64,000 nt of DNA from Eledone cirrhosa (GCA_964016885.1 OZ024741.1:127472001-127536000), one strand, 5' to 3'. Shown: positions 39,071 to 52,267, numbered from the stretch's first letter. Numbers and translations are program-made. Notes: a model not told the origin generated them from the sequence alone.

Positions 39071-42000
39071 AGATACATAGGAAATGTATTTCAAAGTATG
39101 TTTTGACTACACCACAACTGCAAACATGCATAATTTTAACTATAAAATAATTGAAAATAAAGTAGGGACATGACCCTTTGAGAGGTAGAGAAATGCTTGT
39201 GGGAGCCATGCATGGGCAATTTTGTCTATTTTTTTTCTGCCATGGAGTATTTATATTCAGAGATGCACTAATAAGCAAATTGGCCAATAACTGATTAATC
39301 GGCTTTGCTTTCCAATCCAGGGCCTTCTCACTCCTGTGGAAGGAGCCCTTTCCTAGTTGACCTCCACCACATTCTGTTTGGTTTTAGTTGAGTGTAGCCA
39401 TATTCACACTTGGCCAATTGCAGGTTGATGAAGCTAGTTAACCCATGGTTGGGGGTGAATGGCTGTTGACTCTAAGGAGTTTATCTGCCCTTTTTACAGC
39501 TCTTGTTTTTTGTGCTGAATGGGGGAGCCTGTTTAGTTGCCAACCATTCAACCATGAAGCAGGTTGTACTTGGTTACATGGTACTAATAGCAGCCAGAAG
39601 CCTAACCGGCTTTGTCTTATCAGCCACCAATAATGTAATTATGTATTGTGATATGAAAATGCATTTACTATAATATTTCATAATTAATCACAATTTGAGA
39701 GCACATGATGACAAAATTAGGCTGATTTTACCATAGAATATAACATATACTAGCCTGCAAAATATCTGCTATACTCTGAAAATGGAGAAAAATTGTTGTT
39801 TTTATATTATGATTTACTTGTTCTGGGGTCGATTCTGCCTCTGTCTCTTTCTGACTTTCTATCCTTCTCTGGAAGAAATCTGCTGTGTTGAAACCTGGAG
39901 AGAGATAGGCTCGACTACGGTGCCCCTATTACTCCATCTGGGATTACAGGGCCGTACCAATTTGATCACTAAATTGTATTCTTTGTTTGAGAAAGTTATA
40001 ATAGGAACCATTATTACTGGAAAATTTCTGAATACCTTTAAATAAACGTAATCAGAATCTTTATAATTCTTTTTTAAAAGATCAAATAATACATATCCTC
40101 CCAGATGGGTAGAGGCGTCCTCTCTTCTACTTTGAGACCCTTTAATTTACAGGAAATTAAGCTCCTTATGCAGTCCCAAGTAATTTCCATTTGTGTAGAT
40201 CAGTGTAGTTGAGTACTGGGAACAGTTATATTACATTGGTAGGCTTAGAAAATAATGTTGCTTATGTACTTGTAGATCTTCAATCCAATGGGTTTTCCAA
40301 ATTTTTTTTACCCATGGTTTTCTTGCTCCAAAACAATAATGGCTGATTGTCAAAACCAATCACATCAGCAAAATGACCAATACCGATTATCTGCAGCTTA
40401 ATTGATATAGCCCTTGTTATATATACATATATATACCCGGTTTATTTTCAACTGTTTTATAGTTAACATTGTGTTATGGTAGCTCTTTGCTATCATAGAG
40501 GCGAAACATACTTTATAATTGCAACCTTTCTATTTGCTTTGTAAAACGTTTCATGTATATTATATAGAAAGACATACATCTATTTTATTTCATATAAGAA
40601 ATTTAATCTATCTTTTTAAATCTTCTCCATGAATTATTAATTCCACCTTTGTCTCTCCCTCTGTAGTGGAATTATATTTTCTTTCAAGTTAAAACAAATA
40701 TTGTCTGTATGTGTATGGTCATCTACCTCTTAGAAAAATTTGGGACTCAGTTTAATTAACCCTTTCATGATTATATAAACTCTATTTCAATTAATCAATG
40801 AAGAATTTTTAGGAATTTACTAAAATTATCAATTATTTTATTACTAAGATAACTAAGAACTCTTTAAAATGGGTGGCTTTGCTTCATAGAACCAGAGCTG
40901 GTTTTGGCTTTAAAAATGCGATAAAACAATAATGATATTAATAATAATGGTTTCTAATTTAAGCCAAAAGCCAGCAATGTGGGAACTGGTAGGAGGTTGA
41001 TTAAATCGACCCCAGAAAGATGAAAGCTAGTGTTGACATCAGCAGTTATCTTTCATCTTTCCATGGATTTGCTGAAATAAAGTACTAGGATCGATATAAT
41101 CAAATCAACTTTCCCCTCACACTCCAAATTAATGACATTGTGCTTAAATTAGAAGCAATAATTATAAAGTGATCACAGGAAAATATATTTTTTGTCATCT
41201 ACATTATTTTTTAGATTTAAACCCAATTTTGTCTATAATTTTTTGTAATCTGTACTGTTTTCTTTTTAGATTTTCAAAATTAAGCAATATTGTTTAAGAT
41301 TTATTCAATGTAGAATATGTGCTGTATCTCATGTATATGTTGTTGGGGTTGTGGTCATTGCAGTTTATTTGTGGTTTAACCCTTCCATTACCAACCATAT
41401 TCTTAATGTAAGACACTGCTTATGATTTTCAATTAATCAAGAATCTGTTGAGATTAGTAATATAACTAACTTTTTCATTATTAAGTTGTTTGAAACATAA
41501 CTTAACAAAGGTTCTTTCATAAAATGTTTATATTCAAGGAAAATTTTTTAGAAGTTATTAACAACAATTTGCTACACTTTTTTTTTTAATCTTGTATTGA
41601 AAAATATGGAATAGTAACCAACATTCTCTCTTTATAATCACTAGTAGAATATTTGATGCTTTCATCCAAGAAAGTTTTTAATTCAAAGTTACTATATTGC
41701 AAGATTTTAATATGTGCAACAACAGTTTGATGTGTGTGGCAATATTTTACGCTACTGCATTGTACTGTAACATTTTGATGTACATGACATTTCAAAGTTA
41801 CTAAGTTACAAAGTTACTTGATGTGTGTGGCAATATTTCAAAATACTGCATTGCATTGCAACATTCTGATATGTATGGTAACATTTCAAAGCTACTGAGT
41901 GACAAATCTTTTGTGTATGGCAATATTTCAAAGCTACTGAGCATCAACATTTTGATGTGTATGACATTTCAAAGCTACTGTACTTGGAGGGGGTTAGTTC

Positions 42001-42784
42001 CTACTCAAACCCCTTTGTTATCATATTTCAAATGAGATACACTGCCAATGGGTTTCAATTAATTTTGAAAGTAATCTAAAATTTGTAAGAATTTAATGAA
42101 ATAACTAAATTTTTCATTAGTAATCTGGTGTTTAGAACATTATTTAACAAAAATTTCTTATATAACATTGTTGGAAGATTTAATATGTGAACTCTTTGAA
42201 ATGGGAAGTTTTGTATCATAGAGCCATGGTCTATTTTAGACTGTTTGGTATCAAATGGGTTATTCTTTAAACTTATCAGTATCTGTTTTACTTTGAAAGA
42301 AGTCAATGTTTCTTTTTTTTTTCCTTTCATTTCATCTTTAAATTGGCATAATTACCAAATCTTTTATCTTTTTCTGACTGTACCTTTTGTTAAACTGAGT
42401 TCCTGTTTTAAAAAATGTCTAACTTTCCCCTCACACTTGCCTATTGGTGCTATTTTCTTCAACAGTTACACACTCCTCATATATAAGACACCGAATCATG
42501 ACAGTTATCTTCAAAGCTAAAGTTTTGTTGCTTTTTTTTCCCTCTGTAAGGGTTTTCCCATTCCAATCAGACATTTCACACTTGTAAAACAACAAACCTG
42601 AAGAAATAAAACATTTTTTCTCTAGCTCTAACCTTGAGTTTTCCTTATCTTTGATTCCTTTATGATCCAGTAATTCCTGCTAGTCATAGGGGTGTTATTG
42701 TGACATACAGTATGGCCTGAGCAAACTTTTTAAATCTGGTGCTACCCATCCCTCTCTAGCCCTGAACACAGCCAATTTTTTCCA

Positions 42785-43180
42785 GGTGCTGCTTGGTAGT
42801 GAAACATGGGCAGTGACTGCAGAGTATATGAGTAGGCTGGAAAGAAATGAAGTTACCATGCTTCAGTGCATGTGCAATGTAAATGTGAGAGAAAGGTAGA
42901 GCTTAGATGAACTGAGTATAAGAGGAATCAGAAGTGTGCAAGAGAGAAGACTACGTTGGTACAGACATGGTGATCACTGGGTGAAGAAATGCCAAGTAAT
43001 CCTCATGGAAGGAAATTGCAATAGAGGAAGACCTGGATGGAAGTAGTGAGAACTGATCTCAGATCACTAAAGCTCTCTGAGGAGATGACAAAACTTCACA
43101 AGTGGAGAGATGCTGTGCTGAAAAGGACTTGTCCAACCCATGCGAGCATCGGTTGGACATAAAATGGATGTAAAAATGAT
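42785..43180 (+). mobile_element. Degraded RTE-type LINE 3' fragment
   Basis: GSETWAVTAEYMSRLERNE...VQERRLRW...RGRP remnants plus the family 3' tail. Confidence 0.75.
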
Positions 43181-44498
43181 AAGAAAAAAGAATTGACTCT
43201 GGAATGATGAACACCAAAGTTGGCCTTTGGTGGGATTAGAACAGAGAGTAAATTCCAGGTTGAAACAGTCAATTTCTTCCACAGAAAGATGGGTGTATGA
43301 GGAAGAATTGACCCCAATACCATAGAAAAAATGAAAGAAAAAGTTAACCTTGGTGATGTTTCAACTCGGTGAGCCAGAACAAATCAAGGCACTTTTAATT
43401 TAGCTAATTCGCTGTCTTGCTTTACACTTTAGTACCTTGAAGAAGAAAAGAAACATTTGGATAACATAGAAAGTTGACATAAAATAATGATGTAACATTT
43501 CATGGTAGTGGTGACGGTGTGATATTTGAATCCAAATATATTTCAACACTATTAGAGGCAGCTTTTGGTGGGTTGATGTAGAAAAGATGAAAGTTTAGAG
43601 AAAATTTAACTTTTAACAGAAAATATTTAAAAACAAGTTTGCCAATTTAAATATTTATAGTATCTTTATTAGTAGAAAAACTGAAAATTTGCAGCAAACT
43701 AAAGTAAATACTTTAATATTTAATGTGATGCAGTCATAGTGTGGTTTTGTATGGTTTTTTTTTCAAGAATATCTTGCTAATGTGGTTTTGTAGGACCTGT
43801 AGATAAGTCACATGGTGGTTTTTCACATATTTTTCTTCAAAAAGGTTCAACTTACACACTATATATGGTAATTCTTTACCAAAGGGTTTCTGTTTGCCTT
43901 TAACAGGAGTATTAGCCCCCCCCCCTGCTTTAAAATCATTGGCCTAATTGTCTTCTGGGCCACTATTCTAGTCAGTAGTAGAGTAAATCATGTGAAGGCA
44001 CTAGGGTGCAAGGAGTGTGGGTGTGGAGAGGAGGGTATGAAGAAATATAATCAAAGATGTATCCATATGTTTGGGTTTACAAATATGAAGAAAAAGTGTG
44101 CTACACTAAAGTAGAGAATATATATATATTACTAAGATTTACTCCAAATTGAGAGATCACATCTCTGATATTATGGACATGTGGTTAGAGTATCTAAGGA
44201 AAGAATTGCTGGACAGATTTTACAGGCAAAGCTAACTAGCAGGAGACGCAAGGGTGGACCATGAGCAAGATGGTTGGATAACATCCATGAGCTTGGCTGG
44301 TTTTGTATGGAGATCCAGCCAGATTAATTTGAGACAGGACTTTGCCCAAACGACCCTGCCAGGAATAAGAGTGCAAAGAAGAGATTTACTCTCAGTTTAT
44401 CCAATTGCCACTGATCACACAAACTCAGAGGAGTATCTCTAATATAATAAATAAATATATATATAATAAAATGTAGTGTGCTTGAAGCATGTATATAA

Positions 44499-44795
44499 TG
44501 TATGTAAGAAGGCTAAAACAATGCAAAATGTACGATAAGATGAAAGCAACAAAAAAGTTAGTTACTTGGAAAGCTTTGTTTTTTTTTTTTCGTCCTAATA
44601 TTTTGGGGGACTTAAAATTGCCTTTGTCAGAGTATAAGGAACTCTCAGAGAAAAACGTTCTGGTCTATTCACTTTGAAATTAGATTTAAGTCCTGAAATA
44701 TTAGGACAGAAAAAACAAAGCTTTCCAGGTAACTAACTTTTTCGTTACCTTCATCTTATCATCCATTTTGCATTGTTTTAGCCTTCTTACATATA
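44499..44795. repeat. Inverted repeat with arms of about 115 bp, just downstream of the minus-strand gene's stop codon
   Basis: tatgtaagaaggctaaaacaatgcaaaatg..agttagttac.tggaaagctttgttttt..gtcctaatattt is mirrored at 44685-44795. Confidence 0.9.
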
Positions 44796-44842
44796 TCACT
44801 TTCCTCCACATTATATATATATGCAGTCTAGATATGAAACTC

Positions 44843-45261
44843 TCAACTTCTCACTCCAGGTTGTAGAACAATCTGATGACTTGCCAAATTTGATAAAATA
44901 CTCCCAACTGTACCTCTGTTCTGATTCATTAACTTTTTGGCAACTTTCGACACACCACACCTTGGAACTGGTTTAATCGGGGTTGGGAGTGAACTGGTAT
45001 CATAGATTAATTTATTCATACGGCCTCCTTTGTCAAGATTTGATATCTGTTGACCTTCCCTTTTCACGCGGGCCACAGGTCCTGCAACAGCTAGTTCTGT
45101 GTTACTACTATTTAACAGCGTTTTCATTTGTGCATCTTTAGTGATGTTCTTGACAGCATTTCCCCAGAGGTAAGAAGGCTCTGTTTTCTTTTTTATATGG
45201 AACACTGTTGGAGCTGGTTTACTTGACTTTGATTGACCCAGTATAGCAGCCATTGTGGTCC
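44843..45261 (-). CDS. Uncharacterised repeat protein, last coding exon
   Basis: ttttaaaattacag|GG ACC ACA ATG; GTTMAAILGQ...VARVKREGQQISNLDKGGRMNKLI...PRCGVSKVAKKLMNQNRGTVGSIL...PGVRS*; phase 1 matches the upstream donor. Confidence 0.82.
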
Positions 45262-45659
45262 CTGTAATTTTAAAAGAAGAGAAAAATACAATTTGTATTA
45301 GATTTGATGTGATACAGGAAGAAAACCGTTTGGTTATATTTCTAATGAAATGAAATGAACTGCCATTGGTTTCAACAATGAGTGTTCCAGTTGTTCAATC
45401 AATGGTGTAGCCTGCTCATGAAATTAACGTATAAGTGTCTGAGCATTTCACAGATATGTGTAAACTTAATATAGCTCTTAGGGAGGTTGAGAGTGACAAA
45501 GCGGGCCCTTCGAATTTCAGGTACAGTCCATCCAACAGGCTTCCAAACAGTTTCCGTCTACCAAATTTTGTTCACAAGGCATGAGTCAACTCAAGGCTGT
45601 GATAAATGACACTTGCCTAAGATGCCATGCAGCATCTGTCTAATTAAATACAGTTTTAA

Positions 45660-45822
45660 TTAATTGTTTCTACTTTAGGCACAAGGCCAGCAATTACCCA
45701 GTGCATGACTGGTACTTTATTTTATCGACCCCGTAAGGATGAAAGGCAAAGTCAACCTCGGCGGGATTTGAACTTGGATCGTAAAGGGACGTAACTATGC
45801 TGGAAAGCATGGCGTCCGACCC
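45660..45822 (-). mobile_element. tRNA-derived SINE, near-identical to 11794-11957
   Basis: Direct reverse-complement match with few substitutions. Confidence 0.85.
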
Positions 45823-46705
45823 TGAAGGATAATAAGATTATTATTTAAATGTTAAGATGGTACCAGCACAGAGCTACAGCCCTTTCTGCCGAGGTTAGCT
45901 TTGTCTTTCATCCTTATGGGGTTAATAAAATAAAATACTGGTAATGCATTGAGGTCGATTTAATAAACTTTCCTCGCCCTCCAAATTGTTGGCCTTGTGC
46001 CTAAATCAGAAACCATTATCAAGATGGTATTACCAGAATGTTCTTTATATAAAAGTATGAAAGATTTTAATTCAAATAGGAATTCTTTAAAATGGGTGGT
46101 TTCGTTCTTTAGAACCAGATGCAGTTTAGGCTGGGTTAAAATGAGACGGTTACAAGAACAAAGTTCAATTGATAAGATCAGAGAAAATGTGCTGAAATAT
46201 ATTCTGATATCAACATAAGTGCAAACATTAAACAGAGACGAAGGACCGTGACAAGTGGAGAGATGCTGTGCTGAATAGGACCCGTCCAACCCTTGCAAGC
46301 AGGGAAAAGCGGACGTAAAATGATAATGATGATAAACCCTTTATTTTTGTATTTCTCCAATGATTGTATGAGATGGTGGTCTCAACATTTTCACTCAGCT
46401 TCAGTCACTGTTTGTGGCACCAGCACTACCACTTTACAGAGTGTATTAGGTGCATTTAATTGCAATACCAGCATTATCACTTTCCAGGGTTGGTTGAGTG
46501 TGTTCTACTGTGACACCAACACTACCACTTTACAAAGTATATTGGATGTGTTTTATTGTGGCACCAGCACTACCATTTTACAGTGTGTATTGGGTGTATT
46601 TTATCAGGGAACCAGCACTACAGCTTTAGAGTGGGCCAGATAAATTTTAACCAGTAAAAGATTATACAAGAATTTGAAATATATTTATTTGAAAGGCCAA
46701 GGTAC

Positions 46706-46922
46706 CTTTAGCAGCTTCAGCAGTGACTTCAGCTTCAGGTTTCACTCTGGGTACAGGTCTGTAAGAAGCTGGTTCACTTGCAGAATGATGTAACAAGGTT
46801 GATATTTTCCAATTTGGTATAGAATTTCTCCTCCTTGCTTCCTCAACATTTGGGTGATCCATATGTTGGTGTTGGGGCTTTTTAGAACACAGCAGGTTGG
46901 CCATTGCATTACCTTTCTGGTT
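46706..46922 (-). CDS. Uncharacterised repeat protein, middle coding exon
   Basis: tag|AAC CAG AAA GGT (in-frame alternative cag 6 nt downstream) ... GCT AAA G|gtacct; NQKGNAMANLL...VPRVKPEAEVTAEAAK; phase 0 to 1. Confidence 0.78.
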
Positions 46923-47046
46923 CTACCATCACAATAATTCATTTGAAAAGAAAGAAACAAAAATTTCATAATCCAGAATACTTAATATATACGTGTGTGT
47001 ATGTATGCGGATACATACATACATGCCCCTTTCCCCTTCTTCTTGT

Positions 47047-47088
<42 letters not shown>

Positions 47089-47475
47089 TTTTTTGTATAT
47101 ATATACAAGGGGTTGGGAGGACCCTTCAGTTTGTGTTAAAAGACACAACTTCTTCTCTGCACTTGATTGAATGTATGAAGGAGGATGTAGACCACTAATC
47201 TTGTCTTGGAGGTCAGTAGCCCTGCTTCAGTGCTGACTTGGTCTATGTAGACCTATATTACCACTATACAGAGTGTACTGGGTGTATTTTATCATGGCAC
47301 CAGCAGTAGAGAGGTTGTCAAGTCCTCAACAAAATGAAAAAGTTTTCTCTACTTAATGTTGACTTTTCAGTCAGCCCTATCAACTGCAGCCTAAAAAGTG
47401 ACCTCCCCACATCACATCATGCAGTCTACAATTAATCCTTTACCACATTTACAATATTTCATCCTGTTTACTTAC

Positions 47476-47811
47476 CTCAGCAATTGTCAAAGCTTCTGGT
47501 CTGATCCTACTTTGGTTCGGAGTATCAGGACGAGGTGTAGCCTCGCAGTGAATAAGTTTGCTTACAGTTCCTTGTCGACTGTATACCAAATTTTCTCGAG
47601 ATGCTTGTGAAGGACATCTTGATTTTGTCTGATTTTTATTACCAGTGAAATACGAAGACTGAAAGAGATTTAGAGATCCCTGATGTTTACTTGCATATTC
47701 TTCTGCTTCAGGACGAACCCTTGAATTTACAACAGGACTGGCATTCTTTGGTTTGAGATCAAATCCAGGATAAGGTCCTTTACAACTTTCATGAAGTCCT
47801 CTGGCTGTCAT
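47476..47811 (-). CDS. Uncharacterised repeat protein, first visible coding exon
   Basis: ttttcttgcag acceptor 4 nt before ATG; GAG|gtaagt donor; MTARG...SRVRPEAEEYASKHQG...SRIRPEALTIAE. Confidence 0.82.
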
Positions 47812-47899
47812 TATTCTGCAAGAAAAAAAAAAATTTCTTTTCAGTTTTCAAAATATAAATGTGAAGAAAAGAAGGGAAAGAGCAAGGACTATTGGGCAG

Positions 47900-49200
47900 C
47901 AGGAGAAAGAGAAGGAGGGGAGAGAGTGACAGACTCTGTGCCTAGGTCATGGTGGTGTTTTGGTTGCACCCCATAGACAAAATGCAAAGGCATTTCCACA
48001 GACAATGGCTTGCGACACCTGCCACAGCAGCCACCCTCACCTTGCAGGGCTCCTTCCTCACATGGGCTGCAGGCGTTGTGATTTTACAGAGGAGCTCAGT
48101 CAGCTGTACGGGGTCCGAGGACGCCTGAAGTCTCAATAGTGAACAGTGCAAAGAGGAAGTGGATGGATATGCCTTAGTATTTGCTTGTCTTCCTGAATCT
48201 CTGCATTGCGGGTTGCGGTCCGAGAGTTTGTGGCTTAAGTGACTAAATTGGAGATGGAGAATGTGTCACAGCATGTTGCGTCCCAGATGAGGGATTTATC
48301 TCCTTTGAATGGACAAAGTGTAATTCCATTGGGGCGCTTGTCATCTCCACGGTTGAGGCCTGCTGGCTCCAGTTGTAATGGGAAGCTGGCTGCATCCAGG
48401 CTTGCCTATATGTCATTAAGGGCAGCATGTCAGGGGAACCGGCCTGTGCTCTGGCGGCATGACTGGTTGCTTGCTGAACTTGTCAACAACAGCCCCACAA
48501 TGGCATTTTTGTGGCTTACACATGTGCAGGCCGAGACATTGGACCACTCCGTTGTGAGTGCACTTGTCATCAAGAAGGGTACCAGTTGATGAGGAGGGCA
48601 CCACATTGAGCCATGTACTACTGTTTGGCTGCGAAGTGGATCAAAGGTAGTGTTGGTCTGAGCCAGACACGATCTGCCTGAAGGAAGACCTGCACTTGAT
48701 GTCATCACAGTTACATTAGACAATTGTATACTGGGGGTCAAAGAGGCCTTCGCCGGTCCAGTCAGCCAGAGCCTGCTCCAGTTCGAGGACCACGTCAGAT
48801 TCAGCTCAGCTGTCTTGCTGAGGATCTCGTTGATGAGGGTGTGGCTGGAGGAGATTGGGGAGAGGTAGGCCAGCAGTGCAAGATCTGAAGCAGATTGGAG
48901 ACAGAGGCCACCAAACTTCATTGGGACCTTCACCTGTTGCCAGCCGGCACTGTTGAAACTAACATTGCAGATGAGTTCTGCACAGCATGAGATGGTGGCG
49001 TCGAGTTCACCGAGGTGATCTGCATGAGGGTGACAAGGCACCGCACAGCATGAACAAGAATTTGGGAAGGGTGAAGCAGTTCCTCAGGAGGAAGAGCGCC
49101 GGGTGCTCGTCAATCAGGTGCAACCTCTCTGCAAATTCTCGGCCTGCGTGCTTGGTCTCTAGACACTCTCTTATGGCTTTCGAGAGAATTGGAGAACCGA
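47900..49200 (-). mobile_element. Degraded non-LTR retrotransposon with restriction-like endonuclease (CRE-like)
   Basis: Minus-strand remnants LLRNCFTLPKFLFMLC, PMKFGGLCLQSASDLAL, a Cys-rich segment and LNRGDDKRPNGITLCPFKGDKSLIWDATC (decayed RPD..WD REL motif); frameshifts. Confidence 0.78.
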
Positions 49201-50393
49201 AAATACAAGTTATAATTATAATGTGGTGATTTTATTACGGCAGTGATGACGATGATGATGATGATGATGGGAGGGAGGGGGAGAAAGAAGAATATGTTGG
49301 GCGTGATTTTGGTGACGTAGATAATAATAGTAGTGATGGTGGTGTTGATAATGGGGTGGAAGCAATACAAAATAATCATGTCATTACTGAAGGTCATAAC
49401 AAAGCTAAGGTGTTGCAATAACGAAGCATTATCACAAGGAGCACGACCTAATACTTCAGTTACCGATAAACCACAGTGATTCAGTTGTTTATAAAATACA
49501 AGGAGAAATCATCTCGACAGAACATGATAAATATACTAATGATTTTATTATATCAAAATAAACGATATACATAAAATCACATAATAGCAAAGTTCATATT
49601 TTCCCCCGAACAAATATGCTGATAATATAGATAGTGAGAGATGGGAGGGCGGGAGAGACAGTAGGAATTTGGTTCCTCTGTGTTCGGACCTGGTGTACAT
49701 GTGTGTCTGTAATATGTTTATTTTAATATGAATGGCTTAAATTGTTTTGGTTTCTAATGGTTTCAGGTTCAAATACCAAGAGCAAGCGCCCTCTCTCAGA
49801 TGTGTTCATATACATAGTTTGAAATATATATGAGACTAATTTTTATTGATTTGTTTCTTTTGTATTAAATAAACGAAATTAAAATTAATGATACGACCTA
49901 CAGTGTAAACTAATAAAGGAAATAAAATATACAGTATGTTTGACAAAAAAACCTGCATCTGCTCATTTCAGTAAAATTATTATTTTTTTTTTCTAGTTTT
50001 GCTCCTCAAGTTTTTTAAACAAAATAAAACAAAAACAATCACTGTAGTAAGGTATAATTAAGTTTACAGGTCTTCGTTTTTTTATTTGACTAATTTTTAT
50101 TTATTTGTTTCTTTTGTAAAGCATATTTATTATACAAATTGCGTTTATATGTACAAGATATTTTTAAAATAAAATAAAATTAAGAACAAGCTTGTATAAA
50201 GTCAAGTAAAAGAAAATGTTCTATAATACGTAATATATAAAGATCGGTCCCATTTATATTTACAATATGTAATATTTAGGATATACATAACTTACATTGT
50301 ATTTGACTATCTTCCGAAGTAAAAGGATCATTAAAACATTGACATCGAGAAATAATATACAGCCTGCACTGTTTGTCAGTGTATGTATATACT

Positions 50394-50407
50394 GAAACCA
50401 TAGCAAC
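50394..50407 (-). promoter_or_regulatory. Possible RFX X-box upstream of a candidate non-coding first exon (donor at 50295)
   Basis: GTTGCTATGGTTTC on the minus strand; AAT|GTAAGT donor about 100 nt downstream. Confidence 0.3.
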
Positions 50408-51876
50408 GAGGACACTACCGCTCCCCATTTTAACACGTAATTGAGTATACATGCAAGGTTGTTTAAAACTCATCGAAATTCCTCTTCTAACCCTATTTAC
50501 ATTCAGGATATATTATAAGGAATATAAATCGCAGTTAATGGGAACATTTTCAAAACAATAAAATCATGACAGGAAAAAAAAAGGAATGGGAAAGGATCCT
50601 TGACCCCTAATGGAATCGTAGTGACGCCATCATGACACTCGACACTCAGCGTGTCTGGGGCACTTAAAACCTGGCGAAGCCCATCCATCTCCCAGTTGTT
50701 TTCTCCAAGAGAGAGAGAGAGAGAACTAATCCCATTATTGGACTGGTACTTTATCGACACGCCCCCACCATCCTTCCTGACTGGTTTTTCTGTTTGTTGA
50801 CCGAGCAGGTATGTGATCAAATACATTCCAGTCGTGAACATCAGGTCATTTTACTTGTACGCCTTCCCTTTTTTTAAATGACGGTAGTGAGTGATTTGAT
50901 TAGGCTTTGCATGGGACCTCTGGCTGAAAATTTCATATAGGCTTCTTTCGTATAATTTATGGTAACACAAAAAAAAAATCTAGGGTTCTATAAAAATTGT
51001 AGGGTGCCTGGTTGCAGTTCAGTCAGCCTCCATCCCCGATCGACAACAGGATTTGAGGTGAGAGGGATTTAACTGTTACTTCTGGCAGTTCGAACGTCCA
51101 CGTAGAGGCCTACCTCGTTTTGCTGTTATATTGATTGATGAAGTCAACTTGACCTTTCACCCATTCGAGGTCGATAAAAAAGTACCAGTCTAGTACGGAG
51201 GTCTATTCTTCCTCTATATCCCTTTCTCACTTCCTATTCTTCTCTGGAATGGGCTCCACAAGTCTTAAAATACCCAAGAAACGCCGCATATTAATATGGC
51301 ACTCCTACGACCCTATCAGGTGTTTCGGGACCATACCATACTATACCGTCTTGATTGAAATAATTGCTTGCCGGTCATATCGATATTGTGAGGTCAGGAA
51401 GGGAGAGGTCAAGGCGACGTAGCTTTTATAACGTGTCCCACCTCTCCTCTGGCTGAGTGGTGTCGTTAATTGCTTCAGCTTTTCCTTCACTCCTATAAAC
51501 TGCTTAACCATTCAAATTATTTCTACCACGGCCTTTTAAGTTAGTTATAATTATGGTATTATTATAAAACTCCCCAATCGATTTTAGTGGGAAATAATTA
51601 TTTTTCTTCTGTTGATTTATTTATTTTTTTATTCGTGTGCTATCAATTAAACTTTTCTCCGAATATGCTGCAAAGGATTCTGCCGCAGAAAACGAGGAGG
51701 GGGTAGGGGCTTCGTACTTTTCCCCGGAGCTTTCTTTACCCCCCCCCCCTTTTTTTTTCCGTGTGCTACCAACTAATCTTACCTCCGAACATGCTGCAAA
51801 GGGCTTGTACCCGCTGCTGAATTTTTATTGGCACTACAACGCTATTAGCTGTCAGTCTAGTGGAAAACAGGCGAAG

Positions 51877-51886
51877 GTGACGTCAC
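51877..51886. promoter_or_regulatory. Full CRE/ATF palindrome in a locally CpG-rich, promoter-like patch
   Basis: GTGACGTCAC, with elevated CpG at 51640-51945. Confidence 0.3.
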
Positions 51887-52267
51887 TCGTCAACATCGTT
51901 TATTTCCGTATTACTACCACGCGTAAGTGGAGTTTTCACGCGTTTTTTTTTTTTGAGAGAGAGAGGGAAGAGGAGAGATAGGGAAGAGAGAGAGGGGGAA
52001 GACTTAAAAGGGCCAAATTAGAAAACAAGTCATGGTTATAAAGCATATCGATGTAAGTGGAGTTACTTAAATGAAAATATAGGTGGCCCTTAAAAGGGCC
52101 AAATTAGAAAACAAATTTAAGTTAATTAGAAAACAAGTCATGGTTATCAATGTAGAAAACAAGTCATTCATAAGTTTTATAATCAAATTTTTTTCACCAA
52201 CAAATATGACAGCTAATAGCGTTGTAGTGCCCGCAATTCTGTATCTTTACGTATATTGCGCATAGAT

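Noticed and set aside
51010-51125. HDV-like ribozyme on the minus strand (ggcctctacgtgg...ctg..cag-ttaa-atccctc)
   Set aside because: P1 and P2 pairings are poor and the expected catalytic C is absent; cannot be supported without a family consensus.
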